A DNA stretch of 64,000 nt from Armatimonadota bacterium (GTDB taxonomy: Bacteria > Armatimonadota > Hebobacteria > CAIYQO01), in NCBI GenBank assembly GCA_029553475.1, contig JAKPKV010000186.1, positions 7,808 through 71,807 on the forward strand, given 5' to 3'. Position 1 is the stretch's first letter; every line of letters starts with the position of its first letter. The notes beneath the pieces are model-generated. The model did no database searches. It was not told the DNA's origin and was given only the letters and a program-made list of their open reading frames with translations. A program made the translations under genes and the position numbers. Positions 50,701 to 60,487 of the stretch are shown here, piece by piece.

Positions 50701-52607
50701 CGGGCTTCACGCCGACGATGGGGCATAACACAAAACACTCCATCAGTGTAATGGCGATTGATGGGGATGCGACCAAAACGAAAATTCCGTTCCAACAATA
50801 CACGGTGGCCACGGACGGGTGGGGCACAGCGACCGAGGTGGACGTGAAGGCCCGCGAAGTGGAGGTGAAGAACCTGGTGGTGTCGAATGTGAATGCCACT
50901 ACAGGTACTGTTGACTACTTGCGCTATGATCCGGACCCCGACAGTCCGTATCATCGCCCGAGGATAACTTTTTCGGTTGATGATACGGTGTTTCCACAAC
51001 CCGACCATACGTACAAGTATTGGGTGATGATTCAACCGACGAAGGATAGCGGAAAGGAATTGTTGGACTTAGATGATATCTATTCGTATGCCTATACGTT
51101 CGCACATGGTCAAATGCCACCTGTCGTGAGTGAGATAGAATGGGTAGGAACGGATAGCATGGATGGTGAACCGGATAGTGCGCAGCGGGGAACATATACG
51201 TATGATGTAGTTGTAGAAGAATGGGTAGGTTCAACGCTTATCGATAGGTTTGCTTATAAGTGGCCATACTGTTTGACAGTGGATAAACACGATACTTGGG
51301 TTGATACTCTTGATAGTGGGCAAGTCATGAAGTTTCATTATACATTGTACGATTACTGTTATTACGATACTACGTTACCAAATTCGAAACTTCACTCTCC
51401 TACAGGAGTAAACGTCATTATCATAGATAACGAGTTGAACGAACGGCAGCTTACAAACCTAATTGCTAATCCAAACGAGATAGGAAACCCTCATGATGGT
51501 GGTGGAGATGGGTTAGTCGCATATGAAGCGAGTGATAGTGAGGTTATTGGCACTTGGAGGATATTAATAACTGGTAGAGATGAGTGTTGGGTAGCATACA
51601 GACGCGACCACAATCCATCATTAATGTTGGCTGTTAACAAAGAGAGCTTGCTTCAAGCGATAGTGCTGCACCCTATACAAATCTTGACTTCTTTTCTCAA
51701 TTTTGATACAGGTGGTCCAGATTGGATAAGAAATCTTGAAGGTAATGCTATGGGGTTAGTAAATTTCACTGCGGGAACACTAGATGTAGCCCTCACGAAT
51801 GGGCCAGTAAGTAACGCAAATATTTTAGTTGTTTATTGTCGTAACCAAGCAATGAAAGATGCAGTAGTATCAGGCTTTGGCACAATTCGTAAACATGGTA
51901 TGAAAATGTACGTGTCGCAAGAGATAAATAAATTTACACAGACACTACAGCAATACAAAGTATGGGAAATTGAAGATCCGTATGTTTTCGGTAAGAGATT
52001 TATGGAGGCTGGTCTCACGATATACTCCCTTGGTCGAGGCGCACAAGGCTTAGCCAAAGCATCTCTTCCGCCAAGGGCTGCTGTGCAAGGAGCGCCGAAG
52101 ATCGTTGAATTGAAATCCGGCTCACCGTCTGCTGCAACTATTTCGGTAGAAGTCACAAATCAGTTTCTTGCAGCAAGGGAGACAGCAGCACTAATGCGCC
52201 TCCCAAGCTATTATATTAGACTCTATCAAGCATGGACGTCGCCTAAAGGATTAGTATATACGAAAGCGTTAATTCGAAGAGGGAATAGCACACTGATTGA
52301 GTGTAGAGTAAAGCATGTATCAGTTGATCACTCACATGAATATGGTCTGCCAGGTAAAACATATTTCAAGTGTCCGCAAAAAGAAATTTTATCTGTCGTT
52401 GACAGGGCGTGGGAAAGAATCGTTATGAAAGATCCAGCAGTTAAGAAAGCGGTCGAAGGAGGACGAATAAAATATGAGATGAAACTCGGGTCAGGAACGG
52501 ATCATATCGGTACGGGAGGAGAGCAATGGATACAGATCATTGTTGAAGGTGAGTATGAAAACCTTCTCGTCTCAGCTTATCCGATACCTGTACCATCAAT
52601 ACCATAA
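47756..52607 (+). CDS. giant secreted tandem-repeat protein. Signal-peptide exon (47756-47887) is out of frame (-1) with the main ORF (47817-52607) at a poly-C tract. C-terminal ~500 codons sit in AT-rich DNA: candidate polymorphic-toxin-like or adhesin-like protein
   Basis: ATG at 47756 encodes MTRRPGWRGGLLSVLLVGMLCAYAQEAALP (signal peptide), then stops at 47885. Deleting one C in C6 (47848-53) or C7 (47861-67) reads through into ...IAITPSDGFSLEVVDQ... Body has ~120-aa repeats (YVEGVAVSTAVRDTEITLTY...DVLKVTVVQADVSIQ) and Asp-rich NTDDDNGNGIADH motifs. GC falls from about 65% to about 40% after ~50.9 kb. Confidence 0.55.
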
Positions 52608-52630
52608 CTTTTATATGGAGGTATTGCAAC

Positions 52631-53848
52631 ATGATATGTCCCTATTGCGAAATTGGACTGATCAAATGCATTCAACCAGAAGCACAGACTTCGATTGAGT
52701 CATCTGCATTTGAGTGCGGCAACTGCGATACTTGCTGGGCGACGATCACAGATCTTCTGAATTTACGTCATTTACGACCGCACGAATCAGCATTGCTCGA
52801 CAAATTATTGCACCAAGAAGCCTCGTTGGGATCACGAGATGTATGGTTTGAAAAAGCCGAAGAACGACGTTTCATTCATCTCGAACTGTTCGCGCAACTA
52901 CGTGAAGAGAATACCGAGCATGTCAAGCGTCTGATTCGTAAAGAAGACGGCGATGTCACAGATGAATACTACCGTACTGCCTTACATATTGCAGCACAAA
53001 AAAACATGTATGTAATTGTTGAGATGATACTGACTCATCAGCATGTCAGTATCAATGCAACGGATGATTATGGGTATACCCCTTTGCATTACGCGATGTG
53101 GCATGACAATACGGCGTTATATGATCTGTTGTTGAAACACGGCGCAGACTTGAATGCTCTGACACATAATGGTGATACTCCACTCATGACAAAGACATAC
53201 CAATGGGGGGATTATCAGCAATCATCTGTAAAATATTTGCTGAAAAAAGGCGCGGAAGTATCGCATGTTAACAAAGATGGACAGACAGCATATTCTTATT
53301 CGGTCATGCGAAACAGATATGACATTGCTAGTTTACTGGAAGGACATGGCGCTGCCATATTTCTACAGAATATATTTGGCATTACTCCCCTCCACTATGC
53401 CACGCGGCATAACTCACTCGACTTGGCTTACTTCCATATACAAAGAGAGCATCCAGCACAAGTTGTCAATAACGCCGGTAATACTCCGCTATATAATACG
53501 CTACTTGTTAAAGAATTAGTTCGCATAGGATTAGATGTCAATCATAGAAACAAGGATGGACAAACGCCACTGCACTATGCGGCACGATGGAATGCAAGTA
53601 ATACTCAATATTTGGAAATTCTGATTGCAAACGGGGCCATTGTGAATGCGACGGATTATTACGGATATACTCCCCTTCACTTAGCTGTACTAAACTCGTA
53701 CTACCCTGATTCTACACGATTGCTACTGCAGCACGGTGCCGATAAATTTGCAAGAGATGTCTGGGGACGAATGCCTTTGGACCTGCTACTTCAGCATTGC
53801 ACGGATACTGGAAGGCGTGAAATGTTTATCAGCCTGCTATCATGGTGA
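52631..53848 (+). CDS. ankyrin-repeat protein with N-terminal CxxC-x16-CxxC zinc-ribbon-like motif; candidate immunity or effector partner of the giant protein
   Basis: N-terminus MICPYCEIGLIKC...CGNCDTC. Multiple ANK repeats (TALHIAAQKN, TPLHYAMWHDNTALYDLLLKHGADLN, TPLHYATRHN, TPLHYAARWN, TPLHLAVLNS). GGAGG RBS. By eye about 40% GC. Confidence 0.75.
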   Translation: MICPYCEIGLIKCIQPEAQTSIESSAFECGNCDTCWATITDLLNLRHLRPHESALLDKLLHQEASLGSRDVWFEKAEERRFIHLELFAQLREENTEHVKRLIRKEDGDVTDEYYRTALHIAAQKNMYVIVEMILTHQHVSINATDDYGYTPLHYAMWHDNTALYDLLLKHGADLNALTHNGDTPLMTKTYQWGDYQQSSVKYLLKKGAEVSHVNKDGQTAYSYSVMRNRYDIASLLEGHGAAIFLQNIFGITPLHYATRHNSLDLAYFHIQREHPAQVVNNAGNTPLYNTLLVKELVRIGLDVNHRNKDGQTPLHYAARWNASNTQYLEILIANGAIVNATDYYGYTPLHLAVLNSYYPDSTRLLLQHGADKFARDVWGRMPLDLLLQHCTDTGRREMFISLLSW

Positions 53849-53952
53849 AACGAATGTAACTACTCCGGGTAAGCATCCGGTTCTGCCGGGAAACTCCAGC
53901 AGTTTGACAGTTGTGGGAACGGTATGAAGTTCACATACGGGAGACATGACGG

Positions 53953-56106
53953 ATGATTACGAAACCATTGTTCATAATTGCGCTATTATTCACACTCGGT
54001 AGTATCGTACATGCGCAGCAAGTCAGGCCGACAGACCGACCATTCGACGGAAAATCGCACGTGGACTACCTGACCGCATGGTCAAAAACGCCGGATGCCG
54101 GCGCGGCTGCGCTGCTCGACTGCGCGCAAATCGCCATTGCCGCTGATAAGACACAGAACTGGGACAGCGCGCTGATGGCGGAGATTCGCAAGGCATTGGC
54201 CGCTAATCCATTGGCGCTGGCACGACTTGACGCCTTTACGCAACTGCTGGGCGGTGACACGGCCGGGGCCGCGGCCCTCTTTGCGACACGGCAAAACGAG
54301 CCGGGCACGCGGGAAGCCACGACCGTGATTCGCTGGTTGCGCGGGTTTGACTACCCGCTGGCGGCGGATGCCGTGGAGGCCTTGACCCGCGACCTCACGA
54401 AAGCGCGCCTGATCGCCTGGCTGCGCATCCCCAAGGAGAAACGCGGTCCGATTGATGAGAACATGCTGCAGCGCTATCTGCCCAGCAGCATGAACCGGCG
54501 CGCCCTGGTGGAAATCGCCCTGAACCTGTATGCGGCCCCCCCGCCCGATTGCGGTCTGTCAGCGATTGATTTCCTGGAGTTCGCCGTCTGGTTCGGCAAA
54601 GACACCGGCCTGCTCACCTTGTCGCCTGCCGATGATCTGGCGTCGCGACGGCAATTTCAACCCGCCATCCTATATGCCCAGCGTCTTGCGGCGGTATATC
54701 CGACTGATTACCGATTGCAGCGCGTGATCTGTAGATTTTTCACAGAATGTGGGGATCGTCCGTCCGCAATCACACGCTATCAACAACTGCTCGCTGCCGA
54801 CCACGAACCTTACGTGCGCGAAGTGCGCCTCGATTATCTGGAGCGTCTTCGCACCGGATTCCTGAAACCGGAAAACGTGACGCTGGCCGGCATGCAGCAG
54901 GACGCCAATCCGCTGTGCGCCGGGGATGCGCTGCTGGTCGAGAAGAAGTATCCCGAAGCGGCGGCACAGTATCGCAAGGTATTTCAGGATGCCCGCGCGC
55001 CCCTGCCGCGGCGCCTTTCTGCCTGGACGGGGTTGCTGGACAATGAGCCGGCGTGGGCATTAGAGCAGGCGGATGCGCTCTTCACCGCGCTTGACGCGGC
55101 ACAAGCCTTGCCCGATCGCGCGGCGCTCGTCGTCTGGACCGGGTGGCAACTGGCGCGCATCACGGAACGCGAAATACCCCTTGCCTATGGCGTGCGGGAG
55201 GCGACCCGCCTGGAATACATCCCCGTCCCGACCGTCGAGGGATGGACAGCGCGGCTATCGGCCTTGATGGATCGGGTGGTCGCGATGGATCCGGTCGCCT
55301 GCTTGAAAACCGGCAACGTGGATCAGCCTTCTTTGCGGTATTCGGCCGCCCTCATCCATGCGTTGACCGGGAACATGAAGCAAGCCGATGCCGTCGCGAA
55401 ACAGGAAGTCACCTACATGGCTCCACCGCCACCGGGCGGCTGGTTCACCTTCCCCGGCACGCCGGATAAAGACGCGGACAAACCGCGTCAGCAGAAGAGC
55501 CCCGTCCCCGGCGAGCGCGAACAGCTCATGGCGAAATTGACGCCCGCCGTCGGCCGCTTCTTTGAAGCCGCGGTGAAGGAGCCCACCGCGAAAATCCCCC
55601 ACAGTCCGCCGAACCTCGAACTCATCTTTTCCCTGGCCTCGCGGGTGAATGTCGTCGAAATCCCTCATCAGCGCACGGCGAATATCCAGGAATTTGCCCG
55701 CCAGTTCATGTTGGCGATTGAATATTTAGACCCCAAACAGCGCAACCTGAGCCTGAAAAACCCGCCGCCACCGCCGCGGGAGGTAGATTTTTTACAGGTT
55801 GCATCGTTACGCACCGCCATCAATGTGGCCTTCAAACCCGATGGGGCAGCTAAAGAGGCGGTTCCCTTCGTGAAAGAAGGCCTGCAGGAAGCCATGCTCA
55901 TCGCCAGCAACCCGCGGTTGCTCAGCGAGCTCTGCGGGATCACCTTATTGGTGATTGACCGGTATGGCGAGGCGCTACAGGATACAAAGCTCGCGGAAGG
56001 GCTGGCGCATAACGTGGCGAAGTGGCTGGCCATCCGTGAAGTCTATGATATGCGCCCGTATGTGACGCGATTGCGAGAGCACTATACACCGCCTGACGCG
56101 GAATGA
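53953..56106 (+). CDS. hypothetical secreted alpha-helical protein
   Basis: Signal peptide MITKPLFIIALLFTLGSIVHAQQ. 717 aa, Ala/Leu-rich; no recognisable catalytic motif. GC returns to background. Confidence 0.45.
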   Translation: MITKPLFIIALLFTLGSIVHAQQVRPTDRPFDGKSHVDYLTAWSKTPDAGAAALLDCAQIAIAADKTQNWDSALMAEIRKALAANPLALARLDAFTQLLGGDTAGAAALFATRQNEPGTREATTVIRWLRGFDYPLAADAVEALTRDLTKARLIAWLRIPKEKRGPIDENMLQRYLPSSMNRRALVEIALNLYAAPPPDCGLSAIDFLEFAVWFGKDTGLLTLSPADDLASRRQFQPAILYAQRLAAVYPTDYRLQRVICRFFTECGDRPSAITRYQQLLAADHEPYVREVRLDYLERLRTGFLKPENVTLAGMQQDANPLCAGDALLVEKKYPEAAAQYRKVFQDARAPLPRRLSAWTGLLDNEPAWALEQADALFTALDAAQALPDRAALVVWTGWQLARITEREIPLAYGVREATRLEYIPVPTVEGWTARLSALMDRVVAMDPVACLKTGNVDQPSLRYSAALIHALTGNMKQADAVAKQEVTYMAPPPPGGWFTFPGTPDKDADKPRQQKSPVPGEREQLMAKLTPAVGRFFEAAVKEPTAKIPHSPPNLELIFSLASRVNVVEIPHQRTANIQEFARQFMLAIEYLDPKQRNLSLKNPPPPPREVDFLQVASLRTAINVAFKPDGAAKEAVPFVKEGLQEAMLIASNPRLLSELCGITLLVIDRYGEALQDTKLAEGLAHNVAKWLAIREVYDMRPYVTRLREHYTPPDAE

Positions 56107-56116
56107 TGCTGTCATA

Positions 56117-56986
56117 CTACTCCCCACGCACCACCAGCTTCGTGCGGCCGATGAGGATTTCGTCACCCGGATTGATCGGGGCGGATGCGGTCACCTCACC
56201 GTTCACCTTCGTCTTGTTGACGCTGTCCAGGTCGCGCACGATCCACGCGTCGCCCTCCTGGATGAACTCCAGGTGATCGCGTGACACGGCGTTATCGGTG
56301 AGCGGGATATCGTTTTTCGGCCCGCGGCCAATGCGCAGGCCGTGGCGCAGGCGGATGGTCAATCCCGCTTCATGGCCCTCCACGACCTCCAGGCTGGGGG
56401 CGAGGGTGAGCAGTTGCGTGGCCATGTCATCGGGGAGGAGCGGCAGCACCACCGTTTTCTCGCCCGTGCCGGCCCCTTCCGTCTTCTCGGTTGGCCCATC
56501 GGTGCGTTCCGCGCCGGCCACGGCGGTTTTGTCCAGATCATCGCCGGCGCGCAGCGGGTCGAGCACCGTTCCCTGCTTCGCGAGCTCCGCATCCAGCACG
56601 GCGTTCATCGGCGGCGGCGTCTTCATGCTCACCGGGGTGATCTTCACCTCGTGTGCCTTCAGCGATTCATCTTCCTGCAGGCGCACGGCAATGGGGCCGA
56701 CGGTTTTATACCCCTGATCGGCCACGTGCTGCTTGAGGAGCGTCTCGAACTCCGTCAGCAGCGGCGGGCACAGCATGCTGAACTTGGCGAAGGTGTCGGC
56801 GCTGACGATGATGACGAAGAGATTCGGCACGAAGGTTGAGCTGGGCGCCACCGTGCGATGGGCATCCATCTCGCGCACCAGCCGTTTGCCGATCTCCACC
56901 GGCTGTACCGGCGTGCGGAATACGCCGTCGGTAAATCGTTCAATCAACCCTTCCAGCGCTTTTTCTAACCGATCCAGCAGTTCCAT
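56117..56986 (-). CDS. FHA-domain protein with FhaA-like N-terminal domain (DUF3662)
   Basis: N-terminus MELLDRLEKALEGLIERFTDGVFR (FhaA N-terminal pattern). C-terminal FHA LTIRLRHGLRIGRGPKNDIPLTDNAVSRDHLEF...NGE. GGAGG lies 6 nt before the chosen ATG. Confidence 0.7.
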   Translation of the reverse strand: MELLDRLEKALEGLIERFTDGVFRTPVQPVEIGKRLVREMDAHRTVAPSSTFVPNLFVIIVSADTFAKFSMLCPPLLTEFETLLKQHVADQGYKTVGPIAVRLQEDESLKAHEVKITPVSMKTPPPMNAVLDAELAKQGTVLDPLRAGDDLDKTAVAGAERTDGPTEKTEGAGTGEKTVVLPLLPDDMATQLLTLAPSLEVVEGHEAGLTIRLRHGLRIGRGPKNDIPLTDNAVSRDHLEFIQEGDAWIVRDLDSVNKTKVNGEVTASAPINPGDEILIGRTKLVVRGE

Positions 56987-57045
56987 AATCATCCTCCCGC
57001 GCAGACACTCCTACCGATATACGCGTCTGAGCTGACGAGCTGCGA

Positions 57046-58221
57046 TCAGCACAGTGACGCGACGAATTGCCCCATCCGCGCCATCGCCTCCTCGATGAGC
57101 GGCAGCGCGGTGGCGTAGCAGCAGCGCACGTAGCCTTCGCCGCACTCACCGAAGGCGTTGCCCGGCACCACCGCCACCCGGTGCTCCATTAGGAAGCGCT
57201 CGGCGAATGCCGTTGACGTCAATCCCGTGCGAGTGATGCAGGGGAAGACGTAGAACGCGCCTTTCGGCTCGAAGCAGGACAGGCCCAGCGCCCGCAGCCG
57301 GTTGAGAATGACGCGGCGGCGCTGGTTGTAATCGTCGCGCATCATCGCCACGTCGCGGTCGCCGTGCTGCAGCGCTTCCACCGCCGCCATCTGTGCCATG
57401 GTCGGCGCGCACATGGCGGTATAGGCGTGCACCTTGTTCATCGCGTTGATGATCTCGGCGGACGCGGCCACGTAGCCCAGCCGCCAGCCGGTCATCGCGA
57501 ACGCCTTGGAAAAGCCGCTCAACACGATGGTGCGGTCGCGCATGCCCGGCAGTGACGCGAAGCACACCGGGTCGCCATCGTAGGTCAGCTCGGCGTAAAT
57601 TTCATCGGAGACCATCACCACGTCGCGCCGCGCCGCCACCTCGGCCAGCGCCGCCATGCGCGCGCGCGGCAGGATGGCGCCGGTGGGATTGTTCGGATAG
57701 CCGATCAGCGCCACCTTCGCGCCGCTCTCCGCCAGCGCGCGATCGAAATCCTCCGCCGCCAGCTCGAAATTGTTCTCGGCATACGTCGGCATGAAGACCG
57801 GTTCGCCGCCGGCCACCGACACCAGCGCGGGATAGGCCACGTAGCAGGGCTGCTGAATGACCGCGCGGTCGCCGGGGTTCAGCAAGACGCGCATCGCCAG
57901 GTCCAGCGCCTCGCTCACCCCCACCGTCACCAGGATTTCCGTCTGCGGATCGTAGGACACACCGAAACGCCGTCGCAAATACGTCGCGATCTCCCGGCGC
58001 AGCTCGATAATGCCGAGATTCGCGGTGTAGCGCGTATACCCTTTCTCCAGCGAGAAGATGCCGGATTCGCGCGTGCCCCACGGAGTGACGAAATCCGGCT
58101 CACCGATGCTCAACGAAATGGCATCGGGCATGGATTCCACCAGGCCGAAGAAGCGGCGGATCGGCGACGGCTGCAGTTGCCGCACGCGCTGCGAAATACG
58201 GGTTGCGGGATCAAACGACAT
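57046..58221 (-). CDS. pyridoxal-phosphate-dependent aminotransferase, class I/II (aspartate aminotransferase family)
   Basis: LSIGEPDF ... GYPNNPTG ... SGFSKAFAMTGWRLGY is the PLP-lysine motif region. Start is 52 codons inside the ORF-track start. Confidence 0.8.
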   Translation of the reverse strand: MSFDPATRISQRVRQLQPSPIRRFFGLVESMPDAISLSIGEPDFVTPWGTRESGIFSLEKGYTRYTANLGIIELRREIATYLRRRFGVSYDPQTEILVTVGVSEALDLAMRVLLNPGDRAVIQQPCYVAYPALVSVAGGEPVFMPTYAENNFELAAEDFDRALAESGAKVALIGYPNNPTGAILPRARMAALAEVAARRDVVMVSDEIYAELTYDGDPVCFASLPGMRDRTIVLSGFSKAFAMTGWRLGYVAASAEIINAMNKVHAYTAMCAPTMAQMAAVEALQHGDRDVAMMRDDYNQRRRVILNRLRALGLSCFEPKGAFYVFPCITRTGLTSTAFAERFLMEHRVAVVPGNAFGECGEGYVRCCYATALPLIEEAMARMGQFVASLC

Positions 58222-58501
58222 GATTATCCTTCGGTCTTCCCGGGATGGCCGGCACGCGGCGCATCTCCGCGCACGAGTATAACAAAGCGCGCCATAAACG
58301 GGCAAGGTCATGCCGGCGGTGGCGGCGTTGGTTGACAAAACGAACGCCGGCGTCGTCTTTCCGGGAAACCCCGTCACCTTTTCCGTCGCGCGGTGTCAAA
58401 AGATGCGGGAGCGGCGCGGCGGGCATGTTACAGGGAACCGCCGGCCGGGTACGTAGGAAGCGGGAACGCTTTCCCGTGCTGGAGGGGAGAGGGGTGATAG
58501 C

Positions 58502-59215
58502 GTGAACAGGATACCATACCTACTGCTGGGGTTGCTGGTCGCGGCGCTGCCCGCGCTCGCCGCCGGGCTTGGCAAGAGCGCGGTGGACCTGGACGGCCGC
58601 CGCGTCTCCAGCGAGGAGACGAACCTGGGGAATTTCGTCGCCGACGCCGTGCGCAACGGCAGCGGCGCCGATATCGCCGTGCTCTACCCGATGGCCTTCG
58701 CCCCCAACGCCCTCATCCCCGCCGGCGTGGTGGACGATCAGGCGATGCGCCGCGTGCTCGCCTTCCCCACCAGCAATATCGTCACGCTGAAGATGACGCC
58801 CGCGCAACTGCGCAATATGATGGAGCGCGCGCTGCGGAAATATCCCGAGCCGGATATGGCCTTTCTACAGTTCTCCGGCATGCAGATCGCTGTGGATCCC
58901 GCGAAGCCGGCGTCCTCGCGTGTGACGGAGATCAAGGTGAAAGAGAAAGCGGTGGATTTCTTCGATAACAAGACGAGCTTCACCGTGGCGATGCCCGCGC
59001 AGCTCGCGAACGGCGCCGCCGGCTATTTCGCGCTCTTCAATGAAATTCAGAATACGCGCAAATCGCTGGAGTTGACGCTGCTCGACGCGGTGACGAAAGA
59101 ATTCACCCGCGCCGGCGAGGTGACCACCAAAAGCGCGGGCGCGGACGACACCGTCATCAAACCGAAAGTGGACGGCCGCCTGAAAGACACGTCAAAGAAA
59201 GACCCGCCGAAATAA
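58502..59215 (+). CDS. secreted 5'-nucleotidase C-terminal (substrate-binding) domain protein
   Basis: Signal peptide MNRIPYLLLGLLVAALPALAAG. ETNLGNFVADAVR ... matches PF02872-type regions. GTG start. Confidence 0.6.
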   Translation: MNRIPYLLLGLLVAALPALAAGLGKSAVDLDGRRVSSEETNLGNFVADAVRNGSGADIAVLYPMAFAPNALIPAGVVDDQAMRRVLAFPTSNIVTLKMTPAQLRNMMERALRKYPEPDMAFLQFSGMQIAVDPAKPASSRVTEIKVKEKAVDFFDNKTSFTVAMPAQLANGAAGYFALFNEIQNTRKSLELTLLDAVTKEFTRAGEVTTKSAGADDTVIKPKVDGRLKDTSKKDPPK

Positions 59216-59460
59216 CGGGGGCATCCCCTCCTCCCGACCGCCGCGTCGTCGAGCCGGATGCCCACCGGGATAGTGATGGTCACCGGCTCGGCTCTCCACC
59301 CAGCCTTTACTTATACTCGGCCGGGCGGTGACTCTAATCTACAGCCGAGTGCCTATTCGCGGCGAGACGCCGCCGCCCCCCTCTTCACCCCCTCACCTCT
59401 TCACCTTTTCACCCCACCCGGCAGGAACCCCCCACCCCGTCGCGAATCTACTCCCTTGCC

Positions 59461-60210
59461 ATGCCCGTCCTGCACATCCTGCATACGAACGACTTGCATA
59501 ACAAGCTGACCCCGGCGAAGCGCGCCTTCATCGGCGAGTTGAAGCGGCACTTCGCGCCGGACGTACTGCTGCTGGATGCCGGCGACGCCGTGGGCGCGGG
59601 CAACCTGGGCACGCGCAGCCGCGAGCCGGTCCTCGCGATGATGGACGAAGCCGGCTATGACGCGATGGCGATGGGCAACCGCGAGAGCCACCCCACCCGC
59701 GCGGCGCTGGAGCAGAAGCTGAAGGACGCGCGCTTCCCGGTGCTAGCGGCGAATCTGCGCGCCCGCCGCAACGCCCGCATCCCGCGCGTCGTGCAGGAAT
59801 ACCTCGAGTTCGCCTTCGGCGAGGAGGACGAGGAGAGCATCGTCACCGTCTTCGGTCTGGCGCCCGCCATCACCCCGCCGGATTCCTTCTGGGCGAAGAT
59901 GACCGACTACGTCTACGACGACCCGCTGAAAACCGGCCCTGGCCTGGCGAAAAAGCTGCGCCCGGAAACCGACCTGCTCATCGCCCTCACCCATATCGGC
60001 TACGAGCGGGACGTGCGGCTCTGCGCGTCGCCCGACATTGATCTCGTCATCGGCGGCCATTCCCACCGCGCCGTCATGCCCCCCGAACGACACGGCCACG
60101 CCTGGCTCGCCGCCACCGAAGCCCACGCGACGCACGTCGGGCATCTGACGGTGACGTATGAGGCGGACGGCATCGAGGAGATTACCGGGGAACTGATTCC
60201 GCTGCCGTAA
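59461..60210 (+). CDS. calcineurin-like metallophosphoesterase (5'-nucleotidase N-terminal-domain-like), GNRE in place of GNHE
   Basis: ILHTNDLHNKL, LLDAGDAV and AMGNRESH are motifs I to III, with Arg at the usual catalytic His. No signal peptide. Confidence 0.6.
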   Translation: MPVLHILHTNDLHNKLTPAKRAFIGELKRHFAPDVLLLDAGDAVGAGNLGTRSREPVLAMMDEAGYDAMAMGNRESHPTRAALEQKLKDARFPVLAANLRARRNARIPRVVQEYLEFAFGEEDEESIVTVFGLAPAITPPDSFWAKMTDYVYDDPLKTGPGLAKKLRPETDLLIALTHIGYERDVRLCASPDIDLVIGGHSHRAVMPPERHGHAWLAATEAHATHVGHLTVTYEADGIEEITGELIPLP

Positions 60211-60310
60211 CGATATCGCCGTATCGAAACCCGCCGCTGCCAGCGGAGGACGGATTTCACGGCTGGCGAAGTATGGGGTGAAGAAGAGTCGTCAGCATAG
60301 CATGGATGGC

Positions 60311-60487
60311 TTACGCCGTCTTTTTTGCGCTGACAGGCTTGGGTGGATACGTGACCAACCGTTCGGAATGCTCCTGCTCATGCTTCCGTAGATCCTCCGC
60401 AAGCGCGGTGATGTCGTAATTCATTCGCTTCAGGTAGGCCTGGCGAGCTTTCCGAACTTCTTCAACGATAGGATCATTATGCATCAT
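60311..60487 (-). CDS. small (58 aa) antitoxin-like protein encoded immediately downstream of, and overlapping, the PIN toxin gene
   Basis: My own translation: MMHNDPIVEEVRKARQAYLKRMNYDITALAEDLRKHEQEHSERLVTYPPKPVSAKKTA. It falls below the ORF-track size cut-off and overlaps the PIN stop by 11 nt. Confidence 0.3.
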   Translation of the reverse strand: MMHNDPIVEEVRKARQAYLKRMNYDITALAEDLRKHEQEHSERLVTYPPKPVSAKKTA

